Source: an uncultured virus (IMG/VR IMGVR_UViG_3300031525_000003)
Lineage: Duplodnaviria > Heunggongvirae > Uroviricota > Caudoviricetes
DNA length: 64,000 nucleotides
Virus record (IMG/VR): IMGVR_UViG_3300031525_000003
Direction: 5' to 3' (one strand)
Part shown: one piece after another, positions 30,844-41,174 of the stretch
How positions within the stretch are numbered: the stretch's first letter is position 1
Layout of the letters: every line of letters begins with the position of its first letter
Program-made: the position numbers and the translations under genes
Notes under the pieces: model-generated
The model's database searches: none
What the model was told of the DNA's origin: nothing
What the model saw: the letters and a program-made list of their open reading frames with translations, nothing else

Positions 30844-32241
30844 TCAGCCCCAACGTCCGAGGTTGATGGCGAGGTGGTTCTCCTGCGCCCACTTCGCCAG
30901 CACCGAGTGCTCCCGCGCGCTCGCAATCCGATTGAACCGCCCGCGCGCCTGCACGATCGACCGCGTGCCGTTCAAAACCTCGATCGTCAGCTGCGCCCAG
31001 TTGCCCGTCGTGCCGCAGCCGTCCTCCATCGTCATCGACCAGATCGACACCCGACCCTGCGCCACCGAGTTCTCGTACGAGTAGACGCAGTGGTTCATAC
31101 GCCGACCTTCGTCGGCGAGCGCCCGAGCACTCAGCAGCTCCCGGATCCTCCAAACCTCCGGAGTCACCTGCCCGTCCTTCTCCTTGCGGTGCATGCTCAC
31201 CGTGATCGGCCGGAGACCGCTCTCCCTGAAAACCGCCCTGCTGATCGACCGCGTGTGCGCGAGACCGTCGTGCCACGCGTGCATCGCCCTCACCATGGCC
31301 ACGACACTGCGGCTCTTCATCGAGAAGCTCGCGTCCTCGCGGCGGCGATGGACGATGTAGTCGAGCAGGGGGGCGATCTCGGCCGGGTTCAGCATCGCGT
31401 TCTTCGACAACCAGTCGATGACCGTCTGCATGAACGCCTCGTTGTCCTTCGTATCGAGAGACTGGCAGTGGTGCGAGCTGAGGAGGGCCTGCAAGAGACG
31501 CTCGCTGCCGCCTGCGCTCCGCACTTGGATGCGCCGGACGGCCGCCACCAGCGACCGCTCCGACGGCATCGTCAAGAGGTCGTGGCACATCTTCCGCGTC
31601 AGCGGGACCGGGAACTCCGGGAACGGCCGCTCGCTGGGCAGCACGGCCGGCAGCGGCACCTTGCCGCTCACGTAGTCGACGAGCGATCCCCCTGCCGCCA
31701 CGTGACCCACCAGCGGCAAGAGGTTGTACTTGTGGGTGCTGTCCCGATCGAAGAACACGGTCCAGAACACGTGCGACACCCGGTACCTCGCCAGGAGGTG
31801 CTCGACAAGCGAGCGGAAGATCGAGTCGCGACCCTTGCCACGCGGCTCCCACTCGACCGGCGCCCTCACGAACGGCTGCTTGAACACGTAGGGGATCCGG
31901 CACGCCCAGGAGAGTGCCTGGACGTAGTCCTTCTCCAGAAGCTTCGGCGCCGTCCGCTCGACGACGCGCATCACCTCCAAGAACTCCTCAGTCACGTGCT
32001 CGACGCTTAGGAAGGCATCGTCGCGCTGAACCCCTCGCAGCAGCTGCGGAGCCGTATGCCACTCCAGGAACCGATCCACGCGGCCCTTGGCCGTGACCTT
32101 GGGACGGTAGAGCGCCTGTTGAACGGCCTCCTCGCGCTTGGCGAGCGCCAGGGCCTGCTCACGCTCGGCAGCCTTTCGCTGCTGCCGCTGCCTGCGTCGC
32201 TCGCAGCTATCTCTGGATTCTTCTCGGTCTTTCCGGCTCAC
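30844..32241 (-). CDS. PcfJ domain-containing protein
   Basis: HL.ARY.V; W.I.EL.S...L..EG..M.HCV.SY; SIWSM; LTIEV; IVQARG..N. Confidence 0.85.
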   Translation of the reverse strand: MSRKDREESRDSCERRRQRQQRKAAEREQALALAKREEAVQQALYRPKVTAKGRVDRFLEWHTAPQLLRGVQRDDAFLSVEHVTEEFLEVMRVVERTAPKLLEKDYVQALSWACRIPYVFKQPFVRAPVEWEPRGKGRDSIFRSLVEHLLARYRVSHVFWTVFFDRDSTHKYNLLPLVGHVAAGGSLVDYVSGKVPLPAVLPSERPFPEFPVPLTRKMCHDLLTMPSERSLVAAVRRIQVRSAGGSERLLQALLSSHHCQSLDTKDNEAFMQTVIDWLSKNAMLNPAEIAPLLDYIVHRRREDASFSMKSRSVVAMVRAMHAWHDGLAHTRSISRAVFRESGLRPITVSMHRKEKDGQVTPEVWRIRELLSARALADEGRRMNHCVYSYENSVAQGRVSIWSMTMEDGCGTTGNWAQLTIEVLNGTRSIVQARGRFNRIASAREHSVLAKWAQENHLAINLGRWG

Positions 32242-32377
32242 GATGAGAACTCCCTGTTGGAGGGCTACACATGCCCCCGCGCAGAACACCACCGCACTGC
32301 ACGACCACGGGCTTCGGAGTGAGGGTGTTTGTTCTCATCGTGTCCCTACTGTACACCAGGGCGCGGCCGAGATCCAA
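32239..32377 (-). promoter_or_regulatory. PcfJ promoter and leader with start-codon-sequestering hairpin
   Basis: TTGGAT-18-TACAGT on minus strand; perfect 12-bp inverted repeat 32239-32250 / 32331-32342. Confidence 0.5.
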
Positions 32378-32421
32378 GACCCGGCTTTGGGTGCGCCTGG
32401 AACCGCCTGTTTTTGGCCTGG

Positions 32422-32460
32422 TTGCACACGGATGCGCATGTGTTATACTGTCTGTCATAC
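32422..32460 (+). promoter_or_regulatory. Promoter with operator GTTATAC-N5-GTCATAC
   Basis: TTGCAC-16-TATACT; operator 32442-32460. Confidence 0.65.
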
Positions 32461-32476
32461 AACATGGAGACGACCC

Positions 32477-33294
32477 ATGGCCTATCGATGCGGTGAGTGC
32501 GGGCGACCGGTGAAAGGCGTCGCGGGCGATGCCATCCACGACATCAGCCGCGGCAAGCTTTGCAGCGAGTGCGTCAGGGGCACCCCTGCCAACGCCTTGC
32601 CCGACACACGCATGACCAGCGAGGAGCGCTCCAAGAAGAACCGCGAGCGCTGGAACGCCCTGACGCCCGAGCAGCAGGCGGCGCGCGTCGCCAAGCTGCG
32701 CGCCGGGCGCGCGCGTGCCAAAGCCGACTCCGCCACCGAGGTGGGAGCCTGAGTCCCATGGGCTACCGGATGCACAACGCCAGGGCCGTCCGTCGCGGAT
32801 TCGGCTACGCGATCGACTACGACAAGGAGATCGCGCTGGACGAGGTCGCGCTCGCGGCGGCGACAGCACCGCTCGCGCAAGCCATCGCGGCAAGCCTCAC
32901 CTCCGAGGAACTGAGCTGGATGTCGCAGGGCTACCTCCGTACGCGCGGCGTCTGGCTCTTCTACAAGCCGGAGACGTTCGAGGTCCGCGCGGCGCTCCTC
33001 GGCCTCGACGCGTACGACGTGGCCGCCTTCGCTCGATTCGCCATGTTCCAGGATCTGGTCCGCGAGGAGTGGGTCGAGGCGCTCGCCGCTACCATCATCG
33101 AGGGCCCTCTCGCGCGTGATGAGGAGTGGCGCCGGTGCATTGCCGCACGACGGCACGCCGCGCCGCGCTGGGCATCCCTTGGTCTCGACGAGCGCGTCGA
33201 CACCGCCGAGGAGCTGGAGAAGGCCCGCAAGCATGCACAGACGGCCCTCGCTCGCCACAAACGCAACAAGGCGAAACACGGAGGCGCGCTGTGA
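32477..33294 (+). other. Two hypothetical genes (32477-32752 Zn ribbon; 32758-33294)
   Basis: GGAG RBSs; CGEC/CSEC. Confidence 0.55.
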
Positions 33295-33414
33295 ACGACA
33301 GCATCATCTACACGTCCAAGCCATACAAGCATGCGACCCGGGTTCAGGTAGTCGACCCCAGAACCTTCACAGATGCATCTCGGGTGCTGTACGCTGGGAA
33401 CAGGAGCTGAAGCG

Positions 33415-33882
33415 ATGACGAGGGAGCTGACGAAGGCGGAGCAGGACAACAAGGCGCGCGTCGAGCCGATCCTCGAACGGTACCGCCGCACGGGCACACG
33501 CATCCGTCTCTACCTGGGGGATCCCGCGACCGGTCGCGATTGGGGCGAAGAGAACGACGTCACCGGCTTCATCGGCCAGTCGGTCGGGTGGGGGCACAAC
33601 CCTCAGAAAGTACCTCTCCTCCTCCACAGCAGGCGCTCGTCCGGCGGCGGCGCCATTCTCGTAGACAATGTCCTGCGCATCCTGGCGGACGGTCGTGAAG
33701 TCTACCGGCACCCGAAGTACAAGGAGCCCGTCTACGAGCTGCGCGAGGGGAACGTCCAAAGCCCGATCGGCCCTCTCCCGTTCGAGGTCTGGGCCGAAGG
33801 GCAGAACCAGGCCAACTTCAAGACCGCGGCGCAGCGCCAGCGCTGGCTCGACTTCATGCGGGGCGCCCGCTCGACCAAGTAG
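33415..33882 (+). CDS. Phage hypothetical protein
   Basis: RIRLYLGD..TGRDW.EE.DV.G.IG.S...KVPLL..RRSSGGGAIL. Confidence 0.65.
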   Translation: MTRELTKAEQDNKARVEPILERYRRTGTRIRLYLGDPATGRDWGEENDVTGFIGQSVGWGHNPQKVPLLLHSRRSSGGGAILVDNVLRILADGREVYRHPKYKEPVYELREGNVQSPIGPLPFEVWAEGQNQANFKTAAQRQRWLDFMRGARSTK

Positions 33883-34452
33883 CTACCGACGCGCGCGGCT
33901 CTTGTCGCCCGAAGCGCCCACCAGACGGAACACGCTCGCTGGCAATCTCGTGTGGATCACCGCCCCGTCATGCGATCGAAGCGCTCGCAGCGCGCTCGTC
34001 TCGCCCAGCTGCGCCTGTTCCTTGGGTACCGCCAGCAGACTCCTGGGAACGTCCAGCTCCAGCACCCCGCGCCCATAGCCTTCGACCGCCTCCGGCGTCG
34101 CTCCGACGTAGAGCCCCCCTTCGAGCCCTCGCCCCGGGGCGTACGCGAACTCCGACGACGTCGCGTGCGGCTTCGTCTCCGGGATGAATCCCCTCCGCAA
34201 GAGGAGCTGCGCCGTGGCGGCGTCCGTCGCGTGGTAGACACGGATGTCGCCGCCCTGGATGGGCGCCGGAACGAGCTTTTGCAGCGCGCTGGCCACCACA
34301 AACGGAGCCACCGTCGTTCGTGACACGGCGTCCCACAGGCCCGAGCCGTGCTCCAGCACCATTCGGATCGCACCCCCAAGCGTCAGCTCGGGATCGTTCA
34401 CCAGAAGGCTGACCGCCACGTTCTCCGCAGGTGTCGTGCGTCGCGAGACCAC
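33883..34452 (-). CDS. Putative ADP-ribosyltransferase-fold protein
   Basis: VYHAT...A..L...GF...G.GLEGGLYVG.T...YG..VLE; start approximate. Confidence 0.5.
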   Translation of the reverse strand: MVSRRTTPAENVAVSLLVNDPELTLGGAIRMVLEHGSGLWDAVSRTTVAPFVVASALQKLVPAPIQGGDIRVYHATDAATAQLLLRRGFIPETKPHATSSEFAYAPGRGLEGGLYVGATPEAVEGYGRGVLELDVPRSLLAVPKEQAQLGETSALRALRSHDGAVIHTRLPASVFRLVGASGDKSRARR

Positions 34453-34471
34453 GCTACCGATGCTACGTGAA

Positions 34472-35020
34472 ATGACCGAGATCCAGCAAGATTGGTCGGC
34501 CGTACCGGACGGCGGTATCCTCTGGCTCATGGACTTCGGCCCGTGTCCCAAGTGCCTCCGCGGCCGCGTCCTGGAGTGGAAGGAAGGCTGGTTCTGCTCC
34601 AGACGCTACGCGCCGCGCCGGCCATGCCCATGGGCGGGCGAGGACGTCCGCCACGGCAACTACGAGCAGGTCGCCCGCGCCGTCCACTCCTCGCTCACGC
34701 CGGAGCTACTGAAGCAGCCGTACCGGGGGCGCGTCGAAGCCGGGTGCGATCCCATGACCGGCCACTGCTACGTCGCCAGCGAGGCCGCCTACCACCTCCT
34801 GGGCGGCAAGGCCGCCGGCTGGAAGGCCATGTTCGTCAACCACGAAGGCTCGCCTCACTGGTTCCTCGTCGGGCCGAACGGCGAGCGCCTGGACATCACC
34901 GCCTCGCAGTTTCGTACCCCCGTTCCCTACGACAAGGCCAAGGGCAAAGGGTGGCTCACCGGCGACAGGCCAAGCGCACGCGCGCGCACCGTCATTGAAC
35001 GCGCTAGGACCCGCATGTGA
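34472..35020 (+). CDS. Zn ribbon plus Cys-His-Asp (papain/transglutaminase-like) domain protein
   Basis: CPKC; GHCYVASEA.YHLLGG; HWFL; DITASQF. Confidence 0.6.
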   Translation: MTEIQQDWSAVPDGGILWLMDFGPCPKCLRGRVLEWKEGWFCSRRYAPRRPCPWAGEDVRHGNYEQVARAVHSSLTPELLKQPYRGRVEAGCDPMTGHCYVASEAAYHLLGGKAAGWKAMFVNHEGSPHWFLVGPNGERLDITASQFRTPVPYDKAKGKGWLTGDRPSARARTVIERARTRM

Positions 35021-35023
35021 CGC

Positions 35024-35052
35024 TTGCTGTCGTGTCCGACCGGTTGTATAAC
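35024..35052 (+). promoter_or_regulatory. Promoter with operator GTCCGAC-N5-GTATAAC
   Basis: TTGCTG-17-TATAAC; operator 35034-35052. Confidence 0.7.
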
Positions 35053-35060
35053 ATGTGCAC

Positions 35061-35270
35061 ATGGCCAGACGTAAGTTGGCGCTTACCGAAGCGGAATGGG
35101 CAACGGTTTTTCGATCGCGGTGCAAGTCAAAGCAAGGGCAGACGCTGACCGACAAGGAGCGCGCGCTTGTCGAGGCCGCATTCAATAGCGACCAGACCCG
35201 GTACGCCTCCATGGAGGCCGACGTCTTCAACGAGACGGTGCCCTTCGGCTCGACGGCGAAGTGGCGGTAG
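35061..35270 (+). CDS. Small hypothetical protein
   Basis: First gene after promoter. Confidence 0.55.
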   Translation: MARRKLALTEAEWATVFRSRCKSKQGQTLTDKERALVEAAFNSDQTRYASMEADVFNETVPFGSTAKWR

Positions 35271-35273
35271 TGA

Positions 35274-35912
35274 ATGAACACGTTCGCACAGCTATGGCGC
35301 GCCATCTGCGGGAAGCCTGACGCAGACTGGCTGGCGATCTACCGTCATCCCGACTGGTTCAGCCCGCACATCCCCGTCTGGCAAGCGATGCTCGCGGACT
35401 TCGCTGGAAAGCCGGGCCTGCGTTTCCTGGAAGTCGGCTCATTCGAGGGGCGCTCGGCCGTCTGGACGCTCCAGAACATCCTCACCGATCGCTCCTCGTC
35501 CTTGACGTGCGTCGACACCTTCGAGGGCGGAGATGACCTCGCGAGCATGGATCTCACCGGACTCCGGGAGACCTTCATGGCCAACGTCAAGCCGTGGCGC
35601 CATCAGGTGACGCTCCTCGCCGGACAGTCTGGCGTCGTCCTACGTCAACTTCACACGCCCTTCGATTTCATTTACGTCGACGCGTCCCACATCGCCGAGG
35701 ACGTCATGGAAGACGCAGCGCTCACGTGGAGGCTCCTGCGCCCCGGTGGGCTTATGGCGTTCGACGACTACGAATGGAACGGCCCTCCGGACCCGCGGCT
35801 CCGGCCGCGCGCAGGAATCGACGCGTTTCTCTACACGCGGCGCCCTAACTCGGTTCGGGTGCTCTATCGCGGCATCCAACTATTCGTACAAAAGGAAGGC
35901 GGCGCCCCATGA
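35274..35912 (+). CDS. Class I SAM-dependent methyltransferase (Methyltransf_24-like)
   Basis: LEVGSFEGRS; CVDTF; FDFIYVDASH; LRPGGLMAFDDY. Confidence 0.88.
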   Translation: MNTFAQLWRAICGKPDADWLAIYRHPDWFSPHIPVWQAMLADFAGKPGLRFLEVGSFEGRSAVWTLQNILTDRSSSLTCVDTFEGGDDLASMDLTGLRETFMANVKPWRHQVTLLAGQSGVVLRQLHTPFDFIYVDASHIAEDVMEDAALTWRLLRPGGLMAFDDYEWNGPPDPRLRPRAGIDAFLYTRRPNSVRVLYRGIQLFVQKEGGAP

Positions 35913-36003
35913 CGGAGGGCGAGTACGAGGAGTCATTCGACGGCGAAGAGGAGTCCAACTGGTTCTGGCTCGTGGAAGTTCATGCTCCGACGACAGAGGC
36001 CAC

Positions 36004-36366
36004 GTGAAGTTCGACAGGTTCGAGCCGTGCCTATCGTGCCCGTACCGCAAGGATTCCCCTCGCGGCCTCTGGCACCCCGAGGAGTTTCGCAACCTCCTCC
36101 GGACCGAGAGCACGCAGCTGGGATCCGTCTTTCAGTGCCACGAGGGGCGCAGGCGGCCCAAGGAGCAGAGACATCTCTGCATCGGCTGGCTGCTCGACCA
36201 GCGAAAACGGAGGTGCCCTAGCATCGCCTTGCGGATGCTCCTCATGACGAGCGAGCCGGCGCGGGACGTCCTGGAGCGGGCCAACGCTCGCGGAATGAAG
36301 CTCTACCCTTCCTTGCAAGCCATGTGTCGGGCCAACGGCGTGCCCGCATCCGGAGATGAACCATGA
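36004..36366 (+). CDS. DUF6283-like Cys/His protein
   Basis: PC.SCPYRKD.P.G.W..EEF..L...FQCH...CIGWL. Confidence 0.65.
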   Translation: MKFDRFEPCLSCPYRKDSPRGLWHPEEFRNLLRTESTQLGSVFQCHEGRRRPKEQRHLCIGWLLDQRKRRCPSIALRMLLMTSEPARDVLERANARGMKLYPSLQAMCRANGVPASGDEP

Positions 36367-37595
36367 CCGCAGCCAACCGTATGGAGGAGACCATGACCGA
36401 CCCTCTCGAACAGGCCCGGCAGGCCCGCGTGCTTGCCGATCTGCAACCAGTGACCGATGCCCTCTCGAAAGTGCGCGCCGCGCTCGACGACTACGAACGC
36501 AGCGCGCGAGGTCGCGCCCAGCTCCGTGTGACCCACTCTCTCCTGGCCGCCCTGGGTCAGCACGATCCAACATTGCAAGCGCCTCCCGCCGAAAACGAAA
36601 CGGCCGAAGCGGAGGCTGTGCTGACGGCATTCGATGCGCTGCGCGCCTTTCTACTTCCCACGGAAGATGGACCGTCGATCCAGGAGATCGTCGAGACCGC
36701 GGCGCCAGGGGGACTTGTCGAGGCGCTCGCAGTAACTCCCGCGTGCGCAGAAGAACGGCCTGCTACGGAGCCCGCGCGCACTCTCTCCCAGAAGGACAAG
36801 GAGAGGGCCGAGGCCCTCCTCGACGAGGTCGCGCGACTGGTGCTCGGCTGGCAAGACCAACCGAAGATGCGCCTCTCCTTTCTGCTGCGCGCCATCGCGG
36901 CCGAAGCGCGCGACCTCCTCCGTACCATCCCGCATGCCCACACGCTCTACTGGCGACTGGAAGGGATCCTGTCGAAGCTCCTGGCCGTCCGCAACGAGGC
37001 TGGCATCGAAGACTTCATCAAGGGGCTCAGCCGCTCCTCCAAGGAAGACTGGACGCGACTTGCAAACGGCTACCGCAACGCGGTTTCGCGGTTCGATCGC
37101 GACGCAGCAGCCCCACTGTCGACACATCGAACGCCGCCGAAACCAGGCGTGGCGAAGATGGGGGACGTCCTCGGAGCCAAGCTCAAGCTGGTTGCTCCCA
37201 TCGAGACGCAACCAGCACGGTGGCCATTCTTGCGCGACGCGCTCGCCGGCAAACCGCTCCTGATCGTCGGCGGCGTCGCGTTGGAGGAGCGTATGCGTGC
37301 CATCGAACAGCACACAGGGCTCCAGATCGACTGGCGCGAGGTCGACCGCGGCTCACCGCGCCAGGTCGCCAGCATCGCCGACACCATTTCCAAGGGCAGC
37401 GCCGTTGCCTGCGTCATCGTCGAGGGCTTCCTTGCCCACAAGGATTGGTGGCCCATCCAGACCGCTTGCAAACAGAGCGACACTCCTTACGCCATGGGAG
37501 ACCGTGCCGGGGCTCCCGCGATCGAACGCGCTCTCGATACGCTCGAACGCTACCTCGTCTCGCCACCGCCTCCGCGTCGGAGAAGCAACTCATGA
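36363..37595 (+). CDS. Helical protein with C-terminal DUF2325-like domain
   Basis: LLIVGG...VIVEGFLAH....ACK...P. Confidence 0.55.
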   Translation: MTAANRMEETMTDPLEQARQARVLADLQPVTDALSKVRAALDDYERSARGRAQLRVTHSLLAALGQHDPTLQAPPAENETAEAEAVLTAFDALRAFLLPTEDGPSIQEIVETAAPGGLVEALAVTPACAEERPATEPARTLSQKDKERAEALLDEVARLVLGWQDQPKMRLSFLLRAIAAEARDLLRTIPHAHTLYWRLEGILSKLLAVRNEAGIEDFIKGLSRSSKEDWTRLANGYRNAVSRFDRDAAAPLSTHRTPPKPGVAKMGDVLGAKLKLVAPIETQPARWPFLRDALAGKPLLIVGGVALEERMRAIEQHTGLQIDWREVDRGSPRQVASIADTISKGSAVACVIVEGFLAHKDWWPIQTACKQSDTPYAMGDRAGAPAIERALDTLERYLVSPPPPRRRSNS

Positions 37596-39546
37596 TGTAC
37601 GCGCTCCGTGCAACCGACGGGCACCTCCGCGACAAGCCGTTCGAAACGTGGGTGCACCTGCGGGTGGAAGCTGGCCCCAACTGCGCCGATCCAGCCATAG
37701 AGAAGTTTGTCGATCCGATGTGCGGCGGCGAGGTCGTCGCACGCTTCGTCAACAACATCTGGCAATGGATGCACGTGCGACGCCGATGCAACGGCGAGAC
37801 CGTTCGCCGCCATGAGTCGTCATGACCGCGCTTTGTAAGAAGAGGCGCGAGCACCCGAACTTGACGCTCATGCGTGACCTGAAGGCGCGGCGGGCGTTCT
37901 CTAGCCTTGCAGCCGGACCTGGTGGACGTGGCCCCGAGTGCATGATCCGAGTTTCGTGGTCGGCTGCGTTCGACAAGAACGACGACGGCGACGGGCACCT
38001 CTTGCGCCGTGGTGAGGTCACCGCCGATCTCGGGCTTGACTCGCCGCCAGAGCCTTGTTTCACGGATCGCGAGATGCAGGACATCACCTTCGCGGCGAAG
38101 ATGGCTGCCCTCAAGTGCCTGCGGCAGCGCAAGAAAGCAAAGGGATCATGAACGAGACCACCACTACGGGCGGCGAACGGAAGCTGGCCAAAGACTTCGA
38201 GCGGCGCGCCGCCGAGGCGTGGGACCAGCGCTACAAGCACGCGAAGGCGGCGAAGGAGTGGGCCCGGATTGCGGCCAAGGAAGAGAATCCGCATCGTCGC
38301 CAGCTCTACGAGACGCTGGCGTCGTGGATGGTCGCGTACGCCGACGCGGACGCGGAGCACGAGAGACAGTTCTCGGAGACCGCAGCGGCCATCCGTGCAA
38401 CGATCAGCCCACCCGTGGCTTCCCCATGAACTACGACTCCATCCACCCGATTCTGCGCGCCGTCCTGGGCGCACATGAGGGTTTCCGCAAGGTCGGCTTC
38501 CCCGCCGACGACATCTACGTCGAGCTGGGCGCCAACCCCGAGGTCCGCGATGACGAGCTGATGGTCTTCGTCACGCTCAAGTCGGCCGGCAAGGAATTCC
38601 GCGTCCAGGTTGGACCGTGGCCACGCGACAATGTGGACGCGCTGCACACGCAGTGGACCGCTCTCTGCGCTGCGCTCCACGACATCCCTCAGGCCGATGC
38701 GGACAGGATCTGGCACGAGAGCTTGCCGTTCAGAAACGCTGTGGGCTTCACCCTGGCCATCATGAACAAGGGGATCCCCATCCCGGGCCCCAGCGTCGAG
38801 GAACCGGTGGACACACGGCCGCTGGTCGGCCCATGCACGTTTTGCTCTGGAACCGTCACGCTGGACGCGGTCGAGGCAATCGCCGTGCACACGAAGCCCA
38901 CCTGCAAGAAATTCCGAAAGCTCGATCCGCTGGCCTTCGTGCAGGCCATGAACGCCCACGTCGCCAAGACTCGACGCAAAGAGACCTCCTGATGGCCTGC
39001 CCCGTCTGCAACAGCACGCATCCGAACGACCACGAAGCCCTGGCCTGCGTCACCGCCGCATGGACCGCGCAACGCGCGAAGCTCGACGGCCTTGGGGACC
39101 GAGCCACGGCTCTCACCTGCTGCGAACCACGCTTCGTCAAGCGCGACGACAAGGGCGAACCCGCCAGCTGGACCATCACCCTCAACGAGTACCAGCGCTC
39201 GAACCTCCTCTGGCTGATGTGCGACATCGCCGGCTACGACCGCAAAGAAACCCTCGTGCCCGGCCTGCAAACAGGCGACTGGGCCGGCGAGATCCCCAAC
39301 GCGCTCCGTTGCCACGAGCACGACTCCAGCCGGTACGAGGAGAGCGCCCACCGCCCCAACGTAAGCGTCGAGGACGCACGGAAGTGGATCCTCGCCAGCG
39401 TCCGCGAGCAGGCGAGGAACGACGCCTTGGAAGAAGCTGCGAAGCTCTGCGACACGGTCGACACGAGCGAGGATCCCACGTTCGTGGATTCGGCAACCAC
39501 CACAGCGCATCAAGCACGGCGCATTCGCGCGCTGCGGACGCGCTAG
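37592..39546 (+). other. Five coupled hypothetical genes (37592-37825, 37822-38151, 38148-38429, 38426-38992, 38992-39546)
   Basis: ATGA/TGATG overlaps; Zn ribbons. Confidence 0.6.
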
Positions 39547-40226
39547 TCCTCGCCCTCCATGCGCTGCCGTGGCGGCTCCGGCTTGGCCGGCTTCGGGGCG
39601 GGCGGCGGCGGCTGCGGTGGTGCTGGCGGCGCGACAGGCTGACTCGAAGCCGCAGGCTTTGCCGGCTCCACGACCGGCGCAGCCCTTGTGTCACCCCCCG
39701 ACAACAGGGTCGCGGCGGCGCCGGAATCGCCTGCCACCGCCTCAGGGCGCGTGCGCGGGGCGGGCTCCGGGCCAAGCGAATCCAGCACCTCGCGCACTCG
39801 ACCCGCCATCTCTTCCGGCGGAATGATGCGCTCCTGCGGGCCCTGACGTGGCGGATCCTTGCGCGCGCGACGTGGCTTGGGCACCTTGCCGTCCACCCAC
39901 CGCATCCTCCAGTGCACAAGTATCTCTTCTGCGATGACCGTGGCGTTGTGGGCGACGTCGTCCAGCACGCCAGGGTCGAGCCTCTGCGCTTCGACGTTCG
40001 GGTTGGCCATGTACCCACCGATGGCCGCCGCCACCTGCCGGCCCCACTCCAACTGCTCGGCACCGGAGAGCCCGTCTCGAAGACGCCGGTTGCTCACCTC
40101 CAGAGCATCCAGAAGATCGGCTGCATCCACCATGGCCCGCATGACATCCTCGCGACCGACCGAATCGCCCGCGTCCATCGCGCTGTGCAACTGCCTGAGC
40201 TTCGCGCTCGTATCCGTGGCCGCCAT
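39543..40226 (-). CDS. Hypothetical protein with Pro-rich tail
   Basis: Helical N-half, PAP-rich C-half. Confidence 0.55.
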   Translation of the reverse strand: MAATDTSAKLRQLHSAMDAGDSVGREDVMRAMVDAADLLDALEVSNRRLRDGLSGAEQLEWGRQVAAAIGGYMANPNVEAQRLDPGVLDDVAHNATVIAEEILVHWRMRWVDGKVPKPRRARKDPPRQGPQERIIPPEEMAGRVREVLDSLGPEPAPRTRPEAVAGDSGAAATLLSGGDTRAAPVVEPAKPAASSQPVAPPAPPQPPPPAPKPAKPEPPRQRMEGED

Positions 40227-40256
40227 GTTCTAGCGGTACCACGCTGCGCGCATCAT

Positions 40257-40275
40257 GTCTAACCGCTCGTATAAC
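40257..40275. promoter_or_regulatory. Operator GTCTAAC-N5-GTATAAC
   Basis: Matches repeated motif; intergenic, upstream of 40226 (minus). Confidence 0.6.
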
Positions 40276-40293
40276 AGCGCGTACACAAGGTGA

Positions 40294-40677
40294 TCATTCG
40301 AGGGTCTCGTTGTGGAACTTGGACCCGTCGTTTCCGACGGACGATTGACCGTTGCGCCCTGACGGGCACACGACGCGTCGAACGAGCGGCTTCTTGTCCT
40401 CGACAGGACCGACGCAACGGCGCTCCCGGTCGACAGAACCGACTCCTATAGTATGCACGTACCAGACACGATCGACCTCTTCGACGTGACACACTTCCCC
40501 GTCCGGCATCGTCACGCTGCCGAGTCGAAAGACGTCGAGCTTGGGCGGGATCTCCACCCGATCACACGGCTCGTAGCAGGATTCGCATCGAGTGACCGTG
40601 AATGTAATTCCGCCGATGATCGTGGCGAAGAACCCGATCGGGATCAGCGGCGCAAGCCACTCGGTACGAAACCTCAT
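40294..40677 (-). CDS. Membrane-anchored Cys-containing protein
   Basis: N-terminal TM LIPIGFFATIIGGITFTV. Confidence 0.5.
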   Translation of the reverse strand: MRFRTEWLAPLIPIGFFATIIGGITFTVTRCESCYEPCDRVEIPPKLDVFRLGSVTMPDGEVCHVEEVDRVWYVHTIGVGSVDRERRCVGPVEDKKPLVRRVVCPSGRNGQSSVGNDGSKFHNETLE

Positions 40678-41159
40678 CGCCCACCTTTGCGTGCGGGCCG
40701 AGCCTTCTTCTTGCTACGACGCATTCGATGCTTCTCATGACGAGACACGGGCGCCTCCAGCGCCGCCCGCACGAGCATGCGAGCGTCTCGCACGTCACCT
40801 TTCGTGCAGCCGGACTCGCTCATGGTCGCAAGGACAGACATCAGCTCCAGATCGAGCGCCTTCGCGATCTTCTTCGGCTTGTACCACGCCGCAATCCACT
40901 CGCGGTCGCCTCGTATGTGCGCCAGAAGCCGCACCACGTCGAGGAGAGACGGGAGGCTCGCCTGCTTGTGCGCCAGGACCACGAACTGCGCCGCCGCTCG
41001 GGCCGTGATGTAGCGGTCGCTCTCGCCAACTTCCGCCACACCCAACACCTCGCGCCGGATCCTCGACGCAATGGCGTCTGCACCACGAGCCGCGAACACT
41101 TTGTCCAAAAACTCGGCCGCGTCGTCGCCGTCGAACGGCCCGGCTCCGAAGATGCCCAT
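40674..41159 (-). CDS. DUF4259-like protein with basic tail
   Basis: MGIFGAGPFDGDDAAEFL. Confidence 0.6.
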   Translation of the reverse strand: MGIFGAGPFDGDDAAEFLDKVFAARGADAIASRIRREVLGVAEVGESDRYITARAAAQFVVLAHKQASLPSLLDVVRLLAHIRGDREWIAAWYKPKKIAKALDLELMSVLATMSESGCTKGDVRDARMLVRAALEAPVSRHEKHRMRRSKKKARPARKGGR

Positions 41160-41174
41160 CGCGCGTTCCCCCCC

